A stretch of DNA of 64,000 bases from positions 29,140,001-29,204,000 of the forward strand of contig NC_043000.1 in the NCBI RefSeq assembly GCF_006345805.1. The letters run 5' to 3'. A model generated the notes under the pieces. It had not been told where the DNA came from. It saw only the letters and a program-made list of their open reading frames with translations, and ran no database searches. Shown here in pieces: positions 53,716 through 64,000 of this stretch. This DNA is from Octopus sinensis. Its lineage: Eukaryota. Position 1 is the stretch's first letter; the number at the start of each line of letters is the position of its first letter. Made by a program: the position numbers and the translations under genes.

Positions 53716-54899
53716 TATCAATTCCTAGTCGTCTGTAGATCTCGTTTCAAATTTCTCTTTCACTTCACTGTTGATATTTATCAATTTCATCGATACTTAA
53801 ATGGTTATAAGTCGTATTTATTGATTAGTTCTCTGATTTCGGTTTATATATTTATTCAATGTCCTCTCTTGTAAATGTACACGCTGCTTTTTTATATATT
53901 TATAACAGATTTTATACATTACCCTAAGCAACAAAAGTTTTGCTACTATTAGGCGAAATGGTGTTTATAGGTAATTTGTGAGCGCTTATTCCGAATCTGC
54001 AATCATTTTAGCTCTAGCACGTCACGTATTTGCGCTGTCATTATTATACTGCTATCAAAATTACAATAATGTGAAAATTCATGACAAATAAAATGAATGT
54101 TGTGTTAAGCGTAAATTACCGTTATTTGGTATAAGAACGATAGCAACTAGGTGGACAAGTAGTTCTAAAACCAAAGTCAAGATGAGAGTAGAGAAAAGGA
54201 ATTTTTTAGAGACATTCTTGCCCCAAGTTGCTTATAAGCTTTCAAAAAAAATCATTCACAAAATAAACTAAAAATATAACATTAAGCAACTGTAAATGTT
54301 ACTGAAAACACCAAAATATATTTCTAAAAAAAAAAACAACAAAAAACAACAACAACAATAAAGAACAAAAATCATTGAAATTATTATAGAATGTACTGAA
54401 GTTATGGCTACCACGAAACAATTTTCCCCATCTCTAAATTTTAAACATTGATCACTTTAATAAATAACTAAACTACTTTTCATATCACCTGGCTTTCTTA
54501 TTTGATGTCCTTTGTTTTAATAGCACCTGCAGTTATCAAGAAAAGGGAGTCTGAGTGGGTTACTATAACCTAATACCAATAACCTACTGTGAGGAGAACT
54601 TTACTATAATTACAGCGATAACAAAGTAAAATAAATTATTGTCTTGGGTCGGACGACGCGTGGACTCCTTGAGCAAGGCACTTCCTTTCACGCTGTTCTG
54701 GTCTACTCAACTGAAAATTAGTTCCTACTGAGTGTTGATGCAGCTTGTTTTCTCTTCCTTTCAGTTATCGCATCCTCTCAGCTCTCCCGCCATTGTGTAT
54801 CAAGGGATGTTCTCTGGTAGCGAAAACAGCAGAGATTAGATATTCACAGTCGAATCTGCTTGAACGTATTAAGAACGGAGAGGTTATTCAAAATAATAC

Positions 54900-55470
54900 A
54901 CTTCTAAACCTCTCAGAGAGATTTATGCAGTAGCAGCACGATAAAGTGATAGCATGTTGTCAACTTATGTGGCAGTCCCATCAAAGGGAAGAGTGCTACT
55001 GTTATTTAGCCCTAGGAACTCCGTTTCCTGTTGGACTTGACACATTTTCGAAGTGGAGACAAGCACCTCCACCCAGCAAAGCCAGCACCCAGAGACTAGT
55101 TTCAGAGACTTTGCTCATCATCAGGCTGGAGTAGCATGGCTTGCTAGTTGTCGATGCCTAACAGCCTTTGAAAACATATATATTTCAAGTGAAATACATT
55201 CACTGACTTTTTGAAAATAGAAATAATATATTTGTAAATCTCTCAGAGAGACTTAAACAGTAGCAGCACAATAAAGTGATAACATGTTGTCAACTTAATG
55301 TGACAGTCCCACGAAAGGGAAGAATGCTACTGTTATTTAGCCCAAGGAAACACTGTTTCCTGTTGGACTTGACACATTTCCAGGATATGTGTCAAGTCCA
55401 ACAGGAAACAGTGTTTCCTTGGGCTAAATAACAGTAGCATTCTTCCTTTTCATGGGACTGTCACATTAAG
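54900..55470 (-). mobile_element. Family R1: partial tandem (332-bp period) plus terminal fold-back
   Basis: TGTTGGACTT at 55029 and 55361; inverted arms 55294-55377 and 55387-55470. Confidence 0.85.
55088..55130 (-). ncRNA. Type I hammerhead ribozyme, canonical core (family R1)
   Basis: TCCAGC-CTGATGA-tGAGcaaagtCTCt-GAA-ACTAGT-C/TCTGGG. Confidence 0.8.
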
Positions 55471-55869
55471 GATAGGTTATTGTTTGCATTTTCGCCGTGC
55501 CACGTGCATACTACGAGTGATTATCGGTTTGGCAGATGTCCGCACGTATTAGCGAATAATTTGCTTGCTGATTTTTATAAAGAAAAGCTCTGTGCTTTTG
55601 TAAGATTCATCGGAGACACTCAAGGTCGAAATATTAAGGTGCCTCGAAGTCCCTTTATATCGGTGAACTGGTGAATCCTGTCTGTTATAAACAGACATCA
55701 CTTAAGGCGAGGAAGTGTTGTCCGGTGGCGAAAAATAACGGTCGGACATTCACGGTCGCATCTGGCAGAACCGTACAAAGACGAGGAGACATGTTACGGT
55801 TAAAAAAATATTATTATGAAATTTCGACATAATTTTAGGGATTCAGGGCGTTGAGGACAAATAAAAGAA

Positions 55870-56175
55870 TCAGTGTCCGATAAAGTTACACGGACGTAAA
55901 CAAACCAACACCGGTTGTCAAGCGATGGTGAGAGAACACACGCACACACACATGAAAATATATATATACACACATATGAATATATATATATACACATTCT
56001 CACACATGTATATGACGGGCTTCTTTCAGTTTCCGTCTGCCAAATCTATTCACAAGGCTTTGGTTGGCCCGAGGCTATAGTAGAAGACACCTGCCCAAGG
56101 TGCCACATAGAGGGAATGAACCCGGAACCATGTGGTTGAGAAGCAAACTTCTTACCACACAGCCACGCCTGCGGC
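55870..56175 (-). mobile_element. SINE family B copy
   Basis: Family match. Confidence 0.85.
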
Positions 56176-56189
56176 TGTTCCTGTTTATT

Positions 56190-56220
<31 letters not shown>

Positions 56221-57004
56221 GTTTACATGTTTTTATCGCTAATTGGCCAGCAACACCGAAAACAAGTATATATGATAGAAACATTACGTTGATATCAAAT
56301 CAAATGAGAAGTAGAGATAGAATTACCTGTATATGTTAATATCTTTATTTACCGCATAATAAATGATACTATTGACAGAAAAAAAAACTGTTTATATATT
56401 AATATGAAAGCCATTCCTAAAGATACGATTGATATACAGTACAAGCCATCACAATATCACTGGACAAATTCATGGTAATTTTTATTTTTCACTTGAAAAT
56501 GTATTTTGTTTTTTTTTTACTTTGTGTTTTGTATAGTCTCGTTTCTATAAAAGAGAAAAGTGAGACTATTTTTATCTTCAAGTATTGGTGCAGACGTAAG
56601 GTTTTTCGTTCACATTTGATGTCGTTTGTAATGTTTGACAGAGACATTTATAGTTGTTAATGGACTGATTTAGAACCATTTCGTTCATCTTTCAAAATTG
56701 TCTGCAATCTTATTTGCTTTTTATCGGCATCAATAAAACCTAAACCATGTAAACAAGAGTTAGTCCGAGAGGCTAGTAATAACGTCGGATAATATATAGC
56801 CAGTATTTGTCAAAGAAATCGATGTGGTCATTTGTAAGGGAGAAACCAATAAATTATAAATAAAAGATAAAATAAAATAGGAAACGAAGAAGAAATAATC
56901 TCTTTGTCGTCTGGCTTGAAGCCACGTTTCTACGTGATTTTGTTAGAGTAAAAGTCAGCAGCAGCAGCTCTTATTGGTTCACAACTCATATTTGATCCTT
57001 TCAG

Positions 57005-57031
57005 GTTTTGGTAAGATCAGACAAACGTCAG
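57005..57031 (+). CDS. Candidate 27-nt microexon (phase 1-1, GFGKIRQTS)
   Basis: tttgatcctttcag|GTTTTGGTAAGATCAGACAAACGTCAG|gtgagt in unique-looking sequence. Confidence 0.3.
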
Positions 57032-57529
57032 GTGAGTAAGACAAAAGGTTAACATCGCCTATTCTTCATCTCTACCACACTTTTTATTTTCTGGTTTTTA
57101 TTTTGTAAAAAAATTCTTCTTTAATATTTCTCATATAATTTCTTTTCGTCTGAGTCTTTTTTTCCTTTGTTAGGTTTCTGACATATTTATGTAATCTGAT
57201 AACAATACAACAAAGTCGGTAGATATGGTTTAGTGGTTAGGTCGAAATTTTACAGTTTGGAGTTCAAGCCTTGATTAAAAACGAAATGACTTCACATCAC
57301 CTGCAATGAAAGAAAGCGTCTTGTGATTTGGAGAAGCAAACATAAATATTCAAACATGGCTGCGGAGTTAAGAAACCTGATGTCCAGGTTCGGTCCAGCT
57401 AATATAGCCCTCGGCCAACCAATATCTTATGAATGCATTTGGTAGACAGAAACCTTATAGAAACCTGTCCGATATATATATATACATATATATATAATCA
57501 AAATAAATAATAAGTATATCCGAGGTAAT

Positions 57530-57615
57530 GTGGTACAATCGTTTCATGCTACTTCATTTTATTAAACACTGTAAGTTTTACATAAGTTTTAAAATGTCGA
57601 GCAATCTTCAGCCAC
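57530..57615 (-). ncRNA. Type I hammerhead with long helix II insert (sibling of 9540)
   Basis: GTGG-CTGAAGA-tTGCT...AGCAt-GAAAC-GATT-GTA/CCAC. Confidence 0.8.
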
Positions 57616-57712
57616 TTATAGAAATTTTCCAATCAAACGGACAATGCACATTCTTATCTCTATTTCGTTTGCCAGATTCAGATTCGCTCATCTGAATCTA
57701 AATTCTGCTGAA

Positions 57713-57756
<44 letters not shown>

Positions 57757-57759
<3 letters not shown>

Positions 57760-57920
57760 TATATAAAATCCGTTCTGTCTGTCTGTCTTCTCGGATCTCG
57801 GGCATCCTCCATCTGATTGCGCTCAAATTTGATATGTAGATACCGACGGTATCAAGGCGTGTATAAGTCTTGAAAAAATTACAAAATCGATTCCAGGTGA
57901 GAATGCGATCGATAAAGCTG
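57757..57920 (+). mobile_element. Helitron/DINE-1-like 5' end
   Basis: TCTTATATAAAA start in TA, (GTCT)n microsatellite, CTGATTGCGCTCAAATTTG core. Confidence 0.55.
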
Positions 57921-58240
57921 TTTTTGTCCTGCTTTTTCTTCCGTCAACCTGTACATAACTGCACCTTCCATCTTTTGTTGTTTTTGTTCGGCTTAAAAGC
58001 ACGTTTCTTTCTTGCCAAGCTTACTGTTGAAACCATGTTTGTGTTCTCCCAGTCAACAGCCTTATCATTACTGGTACTTTAAACTCTTTGGTTACATATT
58101 TGTGTGAATAAAATCATTTTTCTTTGGAACAGAAAAAAAGTCTATCTTTATTTCTTCTTTTGCTGGTGTCTCAAATTTAGGTTAAATCAGTGTTTCTTAA
58201 AGTGGACCTGTTGATTCTCTCTCTCCTTCTCTCTCTCTCT

Positions 58241-58280
<40 letters not shown>

Positions 58281-58310
58281 CGCGTGTGTGTGTATATATA
58301 TATAAATATA

Positions 58311-59599
58311 CGAGGGACGTTCAATAAGTAATGCCTCTGACCCACTTGCAGTTGTTTGATCTAGCTGAAATTTTGCATGTGCAATTATTTATATCTCTAT
58401 AGATTACGTGGCAAATTAAAGCTCTGAATTAATTCTGGTTTCTGATTTACAGGTGTTTGAACTGAGTCAAGTGTGAAATGGAGCCTGTTGAATGTCAAGC
58501 AGTGATCCGGTTTTTGTATTTGAAAAGACGCACACCACGGGAAACTTTTGATGAAATGAAAGTAACTTATGGTGATGATGCCCCATCATATGACCTTGTA
58601 AAACGCTGGCATCGTGAATTCAAACATGGTCGGAACTCTGTGGAAACAGCTCCCAGATATGGTCGCCCCCTTCTGCCATTGATGAGGCATCTGTCCGTCA
58701 AGTTGAGGCTGCTATTTTGTGAGATCGACGCATAACTATTCGCCTAATAGCCCATGAGGTTAAGATTAGAACTGGATCTGTGGAAACTATCATTCATGAC
58801 CATTTGCATATGCAAAATGTGTCTGCCAGATGGATTCCCAGGTTGCTCACACCTTTCCAGAAGCAAGAACGCGTCGAGTGCTCGAGGATGAATTTGGAGA
58901 TGTGCCAAGAAGATGAGTCAAACTTTTTCAAAAGACTGATTACACAGGATGAAACCTGGGTCCATCACTATGATCCAGAGACCAAAGCCCAGTCAATGCA
59001 GTGGAAGCACCGTGACTCACCTCCTCCAAAGAAGGCAAGGGTGCAGCCCTCTACTGGCAAGGTCATGCTCACAGTCTTCTGGGACCAGGACGGAGTAGTG
59101 ATGACAGATTTCCTGGCAAAGGATACCACAATTACAGGAGCATATTATGCTTCACTTTTGAGGAAATTAAGAGACGCTATCAAAATCAAGAGGCGGGGCA
59201 AGATCAACAAAGGCATCCTCCTCCTGCAAGACAACGCTCCGGTCCACAACTCGCGTGTCACCAGATCAGAAGCACAGGCGTGCGGCTATGAACTCCTCCC
59301 CCATCCACTACTCTCCTGACCTTTCACCTCTGATTTTCACCTCTTCCCAGCCATGAAGTTGTTTTTAAAAGGAAAGCTTTTCCCAGATGATACAGCCATG
59401 ATTTCTGAAGTCACGTCGTGGTTGGAGGACCAAGCTGGGGTCTTCTACAAAAACGGTCTCCAGAGCTGCATCAAACAATGGGAGAAATGCGTAACTCTGG
59501 GTGGTTCCTATGTAAAAAAAGTCTAATAACTGTGCCAAGTTTCGTTGCTCTACTGCTATGGGAAGTGGGTCAGGGACATTACTTATTGAACGCCCCTCG
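58311..59599 (+). mobile_element. Full-length mariner (1289 bp)
   Basis: 37-bp TIRs CGAGGG(A/G)CGTTCAATAAGTAATG with 3 mismatches; TA target-site duplication at 58309-58310 and 59600-59601. Confidence 0.95.
58478..59526 (+). pseudogene. Mariner D,D34D transposase, frameshifted
   Basis: WIPRLL, TQDETWVH, LLQDNAPVH and YSPDL-SDFHLF motifs; frameshifts near 58670 and 59310-59330. Confidence 0.92.
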
Positions 59600-59725
59600 T
59601 ATCTGTGTGTATATATATATATGTATGTATGCATGTATGTATGCATGTATGTATGTATGTATGTATGTATGTATGTATGTATGTATGTATGTATGTATAA
59701 ATGTATGTATGTATGTATGTACGTA

Positions 59726-60310
59726 CGTAGGTGGTCTGATCAGTAAGTATCCGGACTGTTGCCATAGTAACGAAGCTAAAGCATGCAAAATGAAGCCGTT
59801 TGGCACAGATTGAACTTAAACTCTGATCTGCATTCGCACTAAGGTCTAATGTTCCAGCTCACTTCCACTGTTTATAACAGTGCTAGGAAGGAACGTGTGT
59901 AACTTGTGATCGTTGCATTGACCATGACAGAAAAAGTTGAGCAGAGAATCTGCCTCAAATTTTGCCAAAAGCTTGGCGATATCTGCTCAGAGGCCTACGC
60001 TTCATGGTCAGGTGAAAGCAGTTTTGACGCAAACTTGGCAGACACGCGTCTCATCCAAATCTTCAATAATAATGGACTGAACTGAACCGTAACTAAACTG
60101 TACAACCTCCTATAATTCACAGATAGTGATTTGACGATTTCCCTTCACAGCTGCACGCACATCTGCGATGTTTTTCTCAGTTCTGCTGGTTGCGGGTCTC
60201 CAAGAACGTACGTCAATATCGACATTTATTCGGCCATCTTGGAAACGTCTGAACTACTCATACACTTGTGTGTGGCTCATACACTCCTCTACATACACAT
60301 TCTGCAACTT
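59726..60310. mobile_element. Second mariner, 5' part with an inverted ~310-bp segment
   Basis: MTEKVEQRICLKFCQKLGDICSEAYA on + (59924-60001); continuation KLQNVYVEECMSHTQVYE...MRRVSAKF on - (60310 down to 60002). Confidence 0.85.
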
Positions 60311-60955
60311 ACGTCGGATATATATATCACGATAAATATGTATGGGAGAAATAAAAACTGAAATTATTCAGATGAATGTTCTTCAGGCGCAAACTACATA
60401 TCATAACGTATAAGCATGTCAGTATGTATGTATTTACAGTACAAATTTTCATGGAGTGCAAAAAATACAGAAAACTAAGGGGAGAGGCATGATATTTCAA
60501 GTCCGACAGCTGTTTCTGGGGACTGGGAATTATGTAGCAGCTGTAATGTTTATAACTTGCAGATGGAGTGTGCAAAAAGTCAAAGATATGCAACCAGTAG
60601 AGGTTGCATATAAACATTGCCGTAAAACCAGCCTCCGTCCTCAGAGTAGAAAGATTGACAGCGAGTAGTTCAGATCATGATGCGAGAAAATTTAAGGGCA
60701 GAATGGGAAAGGAGGAAGTAGAACAGATGTAGGTAGCAGGGGCCTGTAGGTAGTTCGGACGAATGCTGAAGCAGAAAGAGAAGGGCAAGAAGAGATAGGA
60801 TGAAGTGAAGAATGTAGTCATTGATGCATGCCGGAGGGCGAAGGGAAAATCCAAAGAATAGAGATGGTATGGCGGCAAAGGAAGAATTCTGAAGGGGAAA
60901 GGTAAGAAAGTAGATAGATATATAGACAGACAGATAGATAGATAGATAGATAGAT

Positions 60956-60992
<37 letters not shown>

Positions 60993-61049
60993 TACATACA
61001 TCTGTACCTTCATCTATTTATCCTTACATATATACATATTTACATATAC

Positions 61050-61329
61050 AAAATAATAGTTATCGCCATACTAATATGGCATTCTTATAAAAATAAGAAT
61101 AAAGCTGTCCGCTTATTAGCTCCATGAGGCCATCGCCTTAAGTTAGCTATTTGATACACAAACTGTATCCATATAACCTTCGAACAAGGGAGGTCAGTCG
61201 CTCCACACTACTTGACCGGCAGCTACAGACGCGTTTCGGGGTATTGCCCCTTTTCAATGCAGCGTAGCGGACAGCTTTATTCTTATTTTTATAAGAATGC
61301 CATATTAGTATGGCGATAACTATTATTTT
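61050..61329. mobile_element. Fold-back element with perfect 64-bp arms enclosing an HHR-like motif
   Basis: Arms 61050-61113 and 61266-61329 are exact reverse complements. Confidence 0.85.
61223..61267 (-). ncRNA. Hammerhead-like motif with expanded, aberrant core
   Basis: CTACG-CTGCATTGAAAA-GGGGcaataCCCC-GAA-ACGCGT-C/TGTAG. Confidence 0.55.
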
Positions 61330-61610
61330 CCGGAAACACCGTATTATATAAATAAAATGGCCGTTTTGTTGACAAATCTTTTAGGAATATGAATATGGCA
61401 GCGAGAAAGAACTCCTTAGACAATGGCGAAGAATCTCGTATTCCAACACATATGACTTGTTCAATATGATATGGCATTGAGCAATGAAACATTATATGTC
61501 TGTCTGTCTCTCTCATTCTCCCTCTCTATCTACCTACCTGAATGTCTGTCTAACTAACTCTCTCTCTAACTATCTCTCTATCCGTCTGTCTATCTAACTA
61601 TATCTCTCAG

Positions 61611-62078
61611 GAAATTACTATTTTTAAATCTCACAACGAGAGATATTCAGCAACAGTACTTTGGAGTAAAGGTTGTTTGCCAACATAACATGGCAGTCCT
61701 GGTTTAGGACTAATGTTGCTGTAATTTAGCTCCAGTAGACATCGTCTCCAGCTGGCTATACGACACGATCTATGTCTTTACATTTTTCGAACAAGGGAAT
61801 CTAGCACCCCCACTCAGCTCAAAGCACTGTGTTTCGCGATTTCCGGTTTATTTCCCGATCAGTTATTCTATGCTGATGAAGGGAAATAACCCGGAAATCG
61901 CGATACAAAGATATTGTTTTGAGCTGGGTGGTGGTACTAAATTCCCTTGTTCGAAAAATGTAAAGACATAGATCGTGTCGTATAACAAGTGGGAGACGAT
62001 GTCTCCTAGGACTAAATTACAGCAACATTCGTCCTAAACCAGGACTGCCATGTTATGCTGGCAAACAAAATTTACTCC
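61611..62078. mobile_element. ~416-bp fold-back element with HHR at the apex
   Basis: Arms ~61663-61862 and ~61873-62078. Confidence 0.85.
61863..61912 (+). ncRNA. Type I hammerhead, canonical core
   Basis: CTGATGA-aGGGaaataaCCCg-GAA-ATCGCGAT-A/CAAAGA; helix I imperfect. Confidence 0.7.
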
Positions 62079-62107
62079 TAACTATCTTTCTCCCTAAATA
62101 TCTCTTA

Positions 62108-62143
<36 letters not shown>

Positions 62144-62224
62144 AATAAACAAAGCAGGCGGAAACTGAGAGAAGCTCAACGCATGTGTATCAATATATAT
62201 GTATATATATATATATGTAAAACA

Positions 62225-62495
62225 GCAAAGACCCCTTCGGCCCTGAATGACCATGGGACTGCACCTAGAAAGTTACCCTCCGAGTCAAGGTTGTTTATGG
62301 AAGACCAGCAGTCACCCATGTATACCAGCCTCACTTCTCCCCCGATGCTATCTGAGGGAAAGGCAAAGGCTGATGTAGCTTGGCACCAGTGACGTCGCAA
62401 ATCATTTCTACAGATGAGAGAACTGGAGCAACATGAAATAAAGTGTCTTGCTCAAGAACACAACACGCAACCCGGTCCTGGAGTCAACTCACTAC
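62225..62495 (-). mobile_element. SINE family C-type copy with a longer 3' tail
   Basis: GTGTTCTTGAGCAAGACACTTTATTTCA core-like segment on the minus strand. Confidence 0.65.
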
Positions 62496-62717
62496 TCATG
62501 ATATATATAATTCATTTATATATATATATATATAGATATATATATACTATATATTATATATATATATATATTATATATATATATATAGTATATATATATA
62601 TATATACAGACACATACAGACACACACACACACATATATATATACATATATATACATATTTCGTTTTTGGATTTGGTTGCAAGATTCTTTATGTGAGTTC
62701 CTGTGTTGAAGCATATT

Positions 62718-62880
62718 CTGTTGTGTCTGGGGAGAGTCATTCTCTTTTGATCAAAACTATTGAAAAGGTTGCAAGACGCAATGAAAATTTTAGAAAAAAA
62801 AGAAAGAAGTGAAAATTTTACCGGTGAGTGTGTTAAATTATAAAGCATCAAAAGAGAATGTCACTCCCCAGACACAACAG
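62718..62880. repeat. 34-bp inverted repeat with 95-nt spacer, TA-flanked
   Basis: Arms 62718-62751 and 62847-62880. Confidence 0.8.
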
Positions 62881-63069
62881 TATATATATAATATATATAT
62901 TATATATATATAATAATATACAGTGTACATTTAAACACATAAGAGGCTTCTTATGTGTAAACTCTACACTGTATTTAATAAAAATATATAGTCTATTGGC
63001 TAAATTTTTATACGCGAGGCCACTGGTGATGGAAATTTCTAATATTTCTGATACTCTTTGATATTATTA

Positions 63070-63102
<33 letters not shown>

Positions 63103-63134
63103 GTATATATATGTATATATATGTAGTATATATA

Positions 63135-63513
63135 GCAGGGACGTGCCATCTGGGTAGGCAAGGTAGGCAGTCCCTACCTTGAATAAAATAGATTGATAAC
63201 AACATTTACCTTTCATAGCAAAATATGGACCTAATTCAATAAAATTTTCAAGATTACTATGTATGAAATGCAAAATATTTCATTCTTTTGTAGATTAGGT
63301 AGGCATAATTCACCCCTGCCTTTCAATCTCAGTATTAAATCTACGCATAGTACTGCTGTAGTACACAGACTGCATACATTCTTACAACAACGTTTTCTAC
63401 GTGCTATAAATCTACTTCAACTCAGTCATGCGCCTGTGTTTCGCTTATTTTGTGTGTTTTACTACATAAAGGTTACCAATGCCTACCTGAGTAATTACTG
63501 ATGGTTATGCCTG
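63135..63513. mobile_element. Probable MITE with CAGG... termini
   Basis: CAGGGACGTGCCATCTGGGTAGGCA versus degenerate inverted TGCCTACC...GATGG...CCTG, both in TA. Confidence 0.45.
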
Positions 63514-63514
63514 A

Positions 63515-63569
<55 letters not shown>

Positions 63570-63573
<4 letters not shown>

Positions 63574-63690
63574 GAAATTTATAGAAAACAAAAGATGAAG
63601 ACATGTGTATGAACCACAAGCAAGTGTAATATTGACACTCGGGAAGAATGAAAAGTCTTTTACGTTTCGAACCTACGCTCTTCAACACTT
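63570..63690 (-). mobile_element. Family Y repeat, truncated within the HHR core
   Basis: GTGTTGA-aGAGCgtagGTTC-GAA-ACGT-A/AAAGA. Confidence 0.7.
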
Positions 63691-63717
63691 CTATAATCCT
63701 TAAACAAGAATATTATT

Positions 63718-63764
63718 GACAGTGGCATCGACGTTTCTGGCAGTTATGCTATCATCAGACCGTC
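63718..63764 (-). ncRNA. Hammerhead, family R3 (U16.1C)
   Basis: GACGGT-CTGATGA-TaGC...GCCA-GAAAC-GTCGAT-GCC/ACTGTC. Confidence 0.65.
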
Positions 63765-64000
63765 AAAAATGTTCTTATCTAAGACTAATAAATTCATACT
63801 CTACAGAAGTATAAAATAACTCATCAGATTAATGTAATATCGTAATAATATATTAATGTTGCCAGAGGCTGTATTAATGCCGACGTGGGCATAAATATTG
63901 CTTCTAATGCAAAATTTTTATTATAATGGAATATAACCACACACACACACCACACCCCCATACACATACATACACACACACACACAACACACACACAACA

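Noticed and set aside
55480-55800. GC-richer unique stretch with a 64-aa ORF (promoter or exon?)
   Set aside because: No recognisable domain, splice pair or promoter element.

Overview
AT-rich eukaryotic DNA, almost entirely non-coding and packed with microsatellites. The SINE repertoire and repeat density point to an octopus genome (inference). Identifiable content: (i) three tRNA-derived SINE families, about 30 copies; (ii) degraded non-LTR retrotransposons (R4/Dong-type RT+RLE, CR1/L2-type); (iii) a 5'-truncated Penelope-like element (RT + Cys-rich linker + GIY-YIG); (iv) one full-length frameshifted mariner and two rearranged ones, plus hAT-like MITEs and Helitron-like ends; (v) a 100-N gap. 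Almost all ORFs in the supplied track are microsatellite artefacts. Host-gene evidence is limited to a few low-confidence candidate exons. The main hidden signal is RNA structure. Reading by eye finds about 23 type-I hammerhead-ribozyme (HHR) motifs, roughly one per 3 kb, in about 10 unrelated small-repeat families. Most have a self-complementary helix III, and several show covariation between copies. One group carries a long hairpin inserted in helix II. The host elements usually sit in (TA)n tracts, often fold back on themselves, share terminal motifs, and in one case form the 3' repeat of the Penelope-like element. Together this looks like a large Penelope/retrozyme-type self-cleaving RNA ecosystem. 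All structures were paired by hand. No folding software, database search or activity test was run, and the outer boundaries of the repeats are approximate.
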